A stretch of DNA of 30,817 nucleotides from Chlamydiales bacterium (lineage in GTDB: Bacteria; Chlamydiota; Chlamydiia; Chlamydiales; JBDQID01). This document shows, one piece after another, positions 26,979 to 30,817 of the stretch. A program made the position numbers and the translations under genes. The stretch covers positions 1-30,817 of the forward strand of contig JBLFWS010000022.1 in NCBI GenBank assembly GCA_047611865.1, read 5' to 3'. The notes under the pieces were generated by a model. It was not told the DNA's origin. It saw nothing but the letters and a program-made list of their open reading frames with translations, and did no database searches. The stretch's first letter is position 1; each line of letters opens with the position of its first letter.

Positions 26979-27806
26979 GTGGCTAACAGTCTCGATGGAA
27001 ATTTTAATGGTGGATTTAATGTTTTTAAGCAGGAAGTACAAAAGGTCTACGGTGAGATGCAAAAGGCTTTAGATCATGCCAAAGTCTCACCGATTCAAAA
27101 GGAAAATTTTCAATTTTTAAAGGATTCGATGTTTAGGATTCTAAATAACCTTCAAGAGATTAATGAGTGTCCCTCTCTTGTTGAAATGGAGGCTTTGATT
27201 AATAGAATAACTAAGGCCGGTGCTGAAGCAGGGTTTGCAGGAGGAGGGGTTAAGGGGATTTCGGGAAAAGTGGAATCCCTTGCAAGGCTATATCTTCTCG
27301 CAAAAGACAAAGGTGACCTTGATAACTTTTTCATCGCACCTTCTAGAGGTGATGGCTGCATAAGTGGTAAAATTGTTTCAATGGAGCGTTATCGCTTATC
27401 TCTTGACGGGATTGAAATGGGAGAAATAGTGGACACAGAAAAAGCCTACTTTTTATCCAATAGCGTGATTTCTGAGTTTATTATGGAATTTCTCGACAAA
27501 AATGAAATTGGGCAGAAGGCAGAGGGTTTTGAAAAATTTAAGCTTATTGAAGTCGGCTTAATGGACTATTTGGATAAAAATGTTGAAGATATCGCTCAAG
27601 AGTTTGAAAACTTTGCTGGTGCAAAAATGATGCCGCCTTTTGTGGAGCACTTAAAGCAAAGCAAGCTACTTGTTGAAGAGGGAGATGCAATTGACTGGCA
27701 TTCCACAACAGCTAAGATTATGGGAGATGGAGCTGAAAAAAAGTCCATGGTTAACAGTGCAATGGAAATTATTAAGGCTACTTACGGTTGGGAAGGGCTC
27801 GTATAA
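26979..27806 (+). CDS. Hypothetical protein with FF-x5-GDxC-xxG motif
   Basis: Likely GTG start at 26979 (AGGGAG RBS) within ORF 26877..27806. Confidence 0.75.
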   Translation: MANSLDGNFNGGFNVFKQEVQKVYGEMQKALDHAKVSPIQKENFQFLKDSMFRILNNLQEINECPSLVEMEALINRITKAGAEAGFAGGGVKGISGKVESLARLYLLAKDKGDLDNFFIAPSRGDGCISGKIVSMERYRLSLDGIEMGEIVDTEKAYFLSNSVISEFIMEFLDKNEIGQKAEGFEKFKLIEVGLMDYLDKNVEDIAQEFENFAGAKMMPPFVEHLKQSKLLVEEGDAIDWHSTTAKIMGDGAEKKSMVNSAMEIIKATYGWEGLV

Positions 27807-28172
27807 AAATCTGTATTTTGAAATGGAATTCCAATATCAGTACTCCAACTATCAACTTTAATACTTGTTCTTGATAGGGGAAGAAAAATCTCCGCTCACT
27901 CAAATGTCCAAGCGTTTCGATGTGTTAAAAGTTGATTTCTGGTAGAGTAGAGGATAAAATCCTTGTGTCCCGACTTCAATTCTTGGTCTGGCTACTTCTT
28001 TTATTATTCCTGAAATCTACATAATCAAATGGGCGTGGTTGCACGACGCAACAATGCCCTCTGAACAAGTAAAAAACGAAGCCATTAAAGCCTGTTCTTC
28101 TTGGGAAAAATCCCTTAAACAAGCTACTATTGACCTTTAAAAAATCGGGATCACAAACGAGCGGTTTAAACA

Positions 28173-29234
28173 ATGGCATGGAACTTTCTAGGAATTATAG
28201 CCTTATTTTTAACTGTGTGCAGTATACTGCGTTACATAATCTTGTATTGGAGAAAACAAAATAATAAAAATGTCATTCTTCGCTCCTTTGTAGAAGTCGG
28301 TTTGCGACCATTTTTAATGATTGTTTTCGCCTTTGGTGTCTTAAAAGCTGTGGAAGGATCCCACGAATGGGCAAAAAATTGTGACAACGAAAGGCTATTA
28401 GTTTTCCTGGTAACAATAAATCCTTATCTGGGTTTGTGTCTTACCGCTGTTGTCACCTACCTTCTCTTAGTCTGGAAAAAACGTATTTTCCAATCGTACC
28501 AGACTGATGCTCAGCTAATGCAGACATATGCTGTTGTTCTTCCTGCTTTTGAAAAAATGAGCACCGTATTTATTTTTATTCTTGGGATTAATTGGGCTTT
28601 AACTCAACTAGATGTAGACCTAAGTGTTTTATTTGCGGTTGGGGGAATTGGTGGCATTGCTACAGGTTTCGCAGCTAAGGATGTGGTATCAAATTTTTTT
28701 GGTGGAGTGATGATTTTTATTAATCGTCCATTTATCAAAGGCGAGCGTATTAAATCACCTAACCGTCATTTTGAGGGTGTTGTTGATGAAATAGGCTTTT
28801 ACATGACACGCTTGAAAACTTTAGACAGCTTCCCTATTTATATTCCTAACGGTTTGATAACCGATGCAATAATAGAAAATTCTTCGCGTAGGACACAGAG
28901 GCGTTTAAAAACAACAATCGGTATCCGTTACTGTGACTTTAATCGTATTCCCGACATAAGCAAAAAACTGACTCAATTCTTAGAAGAAGATCCACGAATC
29001 GAAAATGAGCGGCTTCATACTGCACGTTTTAGCAAATATGGTGAAAGTAGCTTGAATATAGACATTATTGCTTATACGCAAAACTACTCTTTAAAAGATT
29101 GGTTTGTCGTGCAAGAAGAATTGTTACTTTGTTATGGAGAAATTGTTCAAGAATGTGGTGCGCAATTGGCTTATCCTACACAAACTATACAAATTGAGGG
29201 TAACTCGGTCCAAAATACACCACAAGAGGAATGA
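28173..29234 (+). CDS. mscS: MscS-family mechanosensitive channel
   Basis: GGIGGIATGFAAKDVVSNFFGGVMIFINRPFIKGERI, EGVVDEIG and IYIPN motifs. Confidence 0.93.
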   Translation: MAWNFLGIIALFLTVCSILRYIILYWRKQNNKNVILRSFVEVGLRPFLMIVFAFGVLKAVEGSHEWAKNCDNERLLVFLVTINPYLGLCLTAVVTYLLLVWKKRIFQSYQTDAQLMQTYAVVLPAFEKMSTVFIFILGINWALTQLDVDLSVLFAVGGIGGIATGFAAKDVVSNFFGGVMIFINRPFIKGERIKSPNRHFEGVVDEIGFYMTRLKTLDSFPIYIPNGLITDAIIENSSRRTQRRLKTTIGIRYCDFNRIPDISKKLTQFLEEDPRIENERLHTARFSKYGESSLNIDIIAYTQNYSLKDWFVVQEELLLCYGEIVQECGAQLAYPTQTIQIEGNSVQNTPQEE

Positions 29235-29351
29235 ACTACTTCTTGGTGAGTGTAAAAAGACCTCACCCCACGCATTCAAAATTCTACGCTGTAGGTATTT
29301 TACAATACGTAATGATAGATAAAGAGAGTTTGTTTAATGACTTAGAATTTT

Positions 29352-29447
29352 CAACTTATCCTGACTTATCGCTATTTTTCCTAATTTCAAGATAGCAACT
29401 CCCCCATAACTCCCCCACGAATATTTAACTTTCATATTTCTCCGGAG
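29352..29447 (+). repeat. 96-bp direct repeat, copy 1
   Basis: Identical by eye to 30714-30809. Confidence 0.92.
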
Positions 29448-29840
29448 TGCCATAGGTCCGTTCTTTTTCTCCGGAGTGCCAGAGGCACGTCATTATATAG
29501 GCCGGGTCGATTCCGAGCGCAGCGAAGAGAAAGGCCCGGTTTAAAGCCCACACAAAATAACGAGCACCAGCGGTGCGGCACTATCCTCTCCAACCGTAAA
29601 CATCCTTGAATACAAACTCACTATGCCACCCTGAATCCCCCATGACTTCCCCACGAATAATGAACCTTTCAAATCCTTGTCGCGGAAGCGACAGCTCCCT
29701 AAATAGCCCAGTGCAAGAGCGAGGAAGCTTGCGACCGAGACACGCAGCTCTGGGTTACGTGCACCATTTAATCAGTGCCACGGAAGTGGCAGCTCTCCCT
29801 CCGTAAACGTCACTAAATAAGAACTCCCTATGCCGCCCTG
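29400..29840. repeat. Two tandem structured units with conserved flanks and three-hairpin cores
   Basis: Shared header at 29400 and 29636, shared 48-nt trailer at 29586 and 29793, with hairpins between. Confidence 0.7.
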
Positions 29841-29988
29841 CCGAGCTATAAGAATTGCTCTTGATGGGGAAAGGTTGAGGGTTGGGAAACTTGGATACTT
29901 CCTATTCCTTAATTTACTAAATACATTGCGGATGAAATTTGCTTTGGTACCACACTCTCATAGTTCTTTACCCGGTATAATAGTGGAC

Positions 29989-30321
29989 TTATGTTACACA
30001 GGTATGAATGATTTTTGCCAAAGTCTTGATTGTGGGGTTCTTTGACGTGAAGGAGTGGTATAGTGTTGAGCGTGGTACTTCAGCCTTTTCAGCAAACTGA
30101 ACCTTGTTAAGAGCTTCTATATGTGCTTCGAGTACCTCAATAACACCTTCGGGGTCGTTGTTTTTAAGGCATTCCCAAATAGCTTTGGAGATAAAGTCCT
30201 CATCAAGCAGTTTTTCAGTAGGACTGTATTGAGAGGCTTTGGATCTTTTTTTAAGCTTCAGCTTCCTCGGTGTTGTCTTTGAGGATTTTTGCTGCATCGT
30301 GGATGTCTCTACTTTGTCCAT
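29989..30321 (-). CDS. Putative addiction-module antitoxin (HTH, HigA/HI1420-like); start uncertain
   Basis: FAEKAEVPRSTLYHSFTSKNPTIKTLAKII HTH. Overlaps the 3' end of the toxin gene. Confidence 0.85.
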   Translation of the reverse strand: MDKVETSTMQQKSSKTTPRKLKLKKRSKASQYSPTEKLLDEDFISKAIWECLKNNDPEGVIEVLEAHIEALNKVQFAEKAEVPRSTLYHSFTSKNPTIKTLAKIIHTCVT

Positions 30322-30556
30322 TTTTATTGCCTCCAAGCAATATTAATATGTTTTCTTCTTCAAGGTAGGCGTAGTAAACTCTGCGCCCGCTCTGCCATTT
30401 GAGTTCCCAAACATCGTTTCCAACACCATTTATTGTGCCAAAGTGCCCATAGATTTCAATGTTCGAAAGGCGCTTTTCTATCTGTACCTGGGACTTAAGG
30501 GGCTGGGTATTGTACCAAATCTCGTATTCGTCACTCTTATGCAGGGTGAAGCCCAT
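30251..30556 (-). CDS. RelE/ParE-superfamily toxin (HI1419-like addiction-module killer)
   Basis: IEKRLSNI...GHFG...VWELKWQSGRRVYY...ILLGGNKNGQSRDI. Toxin-first gene order. Confidence 0.9.
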   Translation of the reverse strand: MGFTLHKSDEYEIWYNTQPLKSQVQIEKRLSNIEIYGHFGTINGVGNDVWELKWQSGRRVYYAYLEEENILILLGGNKNGQSRDIHDAAKILKDNTEEAEA

Positions 30557-30713
30557 TACCGTACCTTCTTTGCATTATAGCATATTTTTCAATAGTTGTC
30601 CAATATATTAGACACTCCTAAAGGGAAAGTCAAGGTGTAATCACAACACCATAAAAGCCACAAAAGAGGAGTTTTAAGTTAATAAGGGTGTATATTAAGA
30701 TGCCTTGCTACAA

Positions 30714-30817
30714 CAACTTATCCTGACTTATCGCTATTTTTCCTAATTTCAAGATAGCAACTCCCCCATAACTCCCCCACGAATATTTAACTTTCATATT
30801 TCTCCGGAGCGCCAGAG
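30714..30817 (+). repeat. 96-bp direct repeat, copy 2, running into a third structured unit at the window edge
   Basis: Matches 29352-29447, then continues cgccagag like 29477-29484. Confidence 0.92.

Noticed and set aside
29606..30045. + strand ORFs 29606..29806 and 29830..30045
   Set aside because: They run through structured repeat units or antisense to the antitoxin and have no protein-like features.

Overview
AT-rich bacterial chromosomal segment, most consistent with an environmental member of the Chlamydiota. This assignment is inferred from the Lys/Ala-repeat histone-like protein, a SycD/LcrH type III secretion chaperone next to a translocator-like gene, and F-box/ankyrin and TPR effector-like genes. 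The left two-thirds is mostly housekeeping: partial histone H1-like gene, TPR protein, dinB, small lipoprotein, T3SS chaperone and substrate, FapA/DUF342, brnQ, a receiver plus sensor-less histidine kinase pair, pabBAC, an ALDH7-family dehydrogenase, tex, gshAB and a putative sugar O-methyltransferase. The right third is accessory: effector-like genes interleaved with permuted duplicated pieces of the mscS locus, then mscS, then structured repeat units enclosing a RelE/HigA-type toxin-antitoxin pair. The most interesting unannotated signals are: (1) two candidate leader peptides, Ile/Val-rich before brnQ and Trp-Trp before pabBAC; (2) repeat units at 29.35-30.8 kb with conserved flanks and different three-hairpin cores; (3) two paralogous FF-x5-GDxC-xxG proteins flanking an F-box-like/ankyrin gene; (4) an ALDH7 with an apparent signal peptide.
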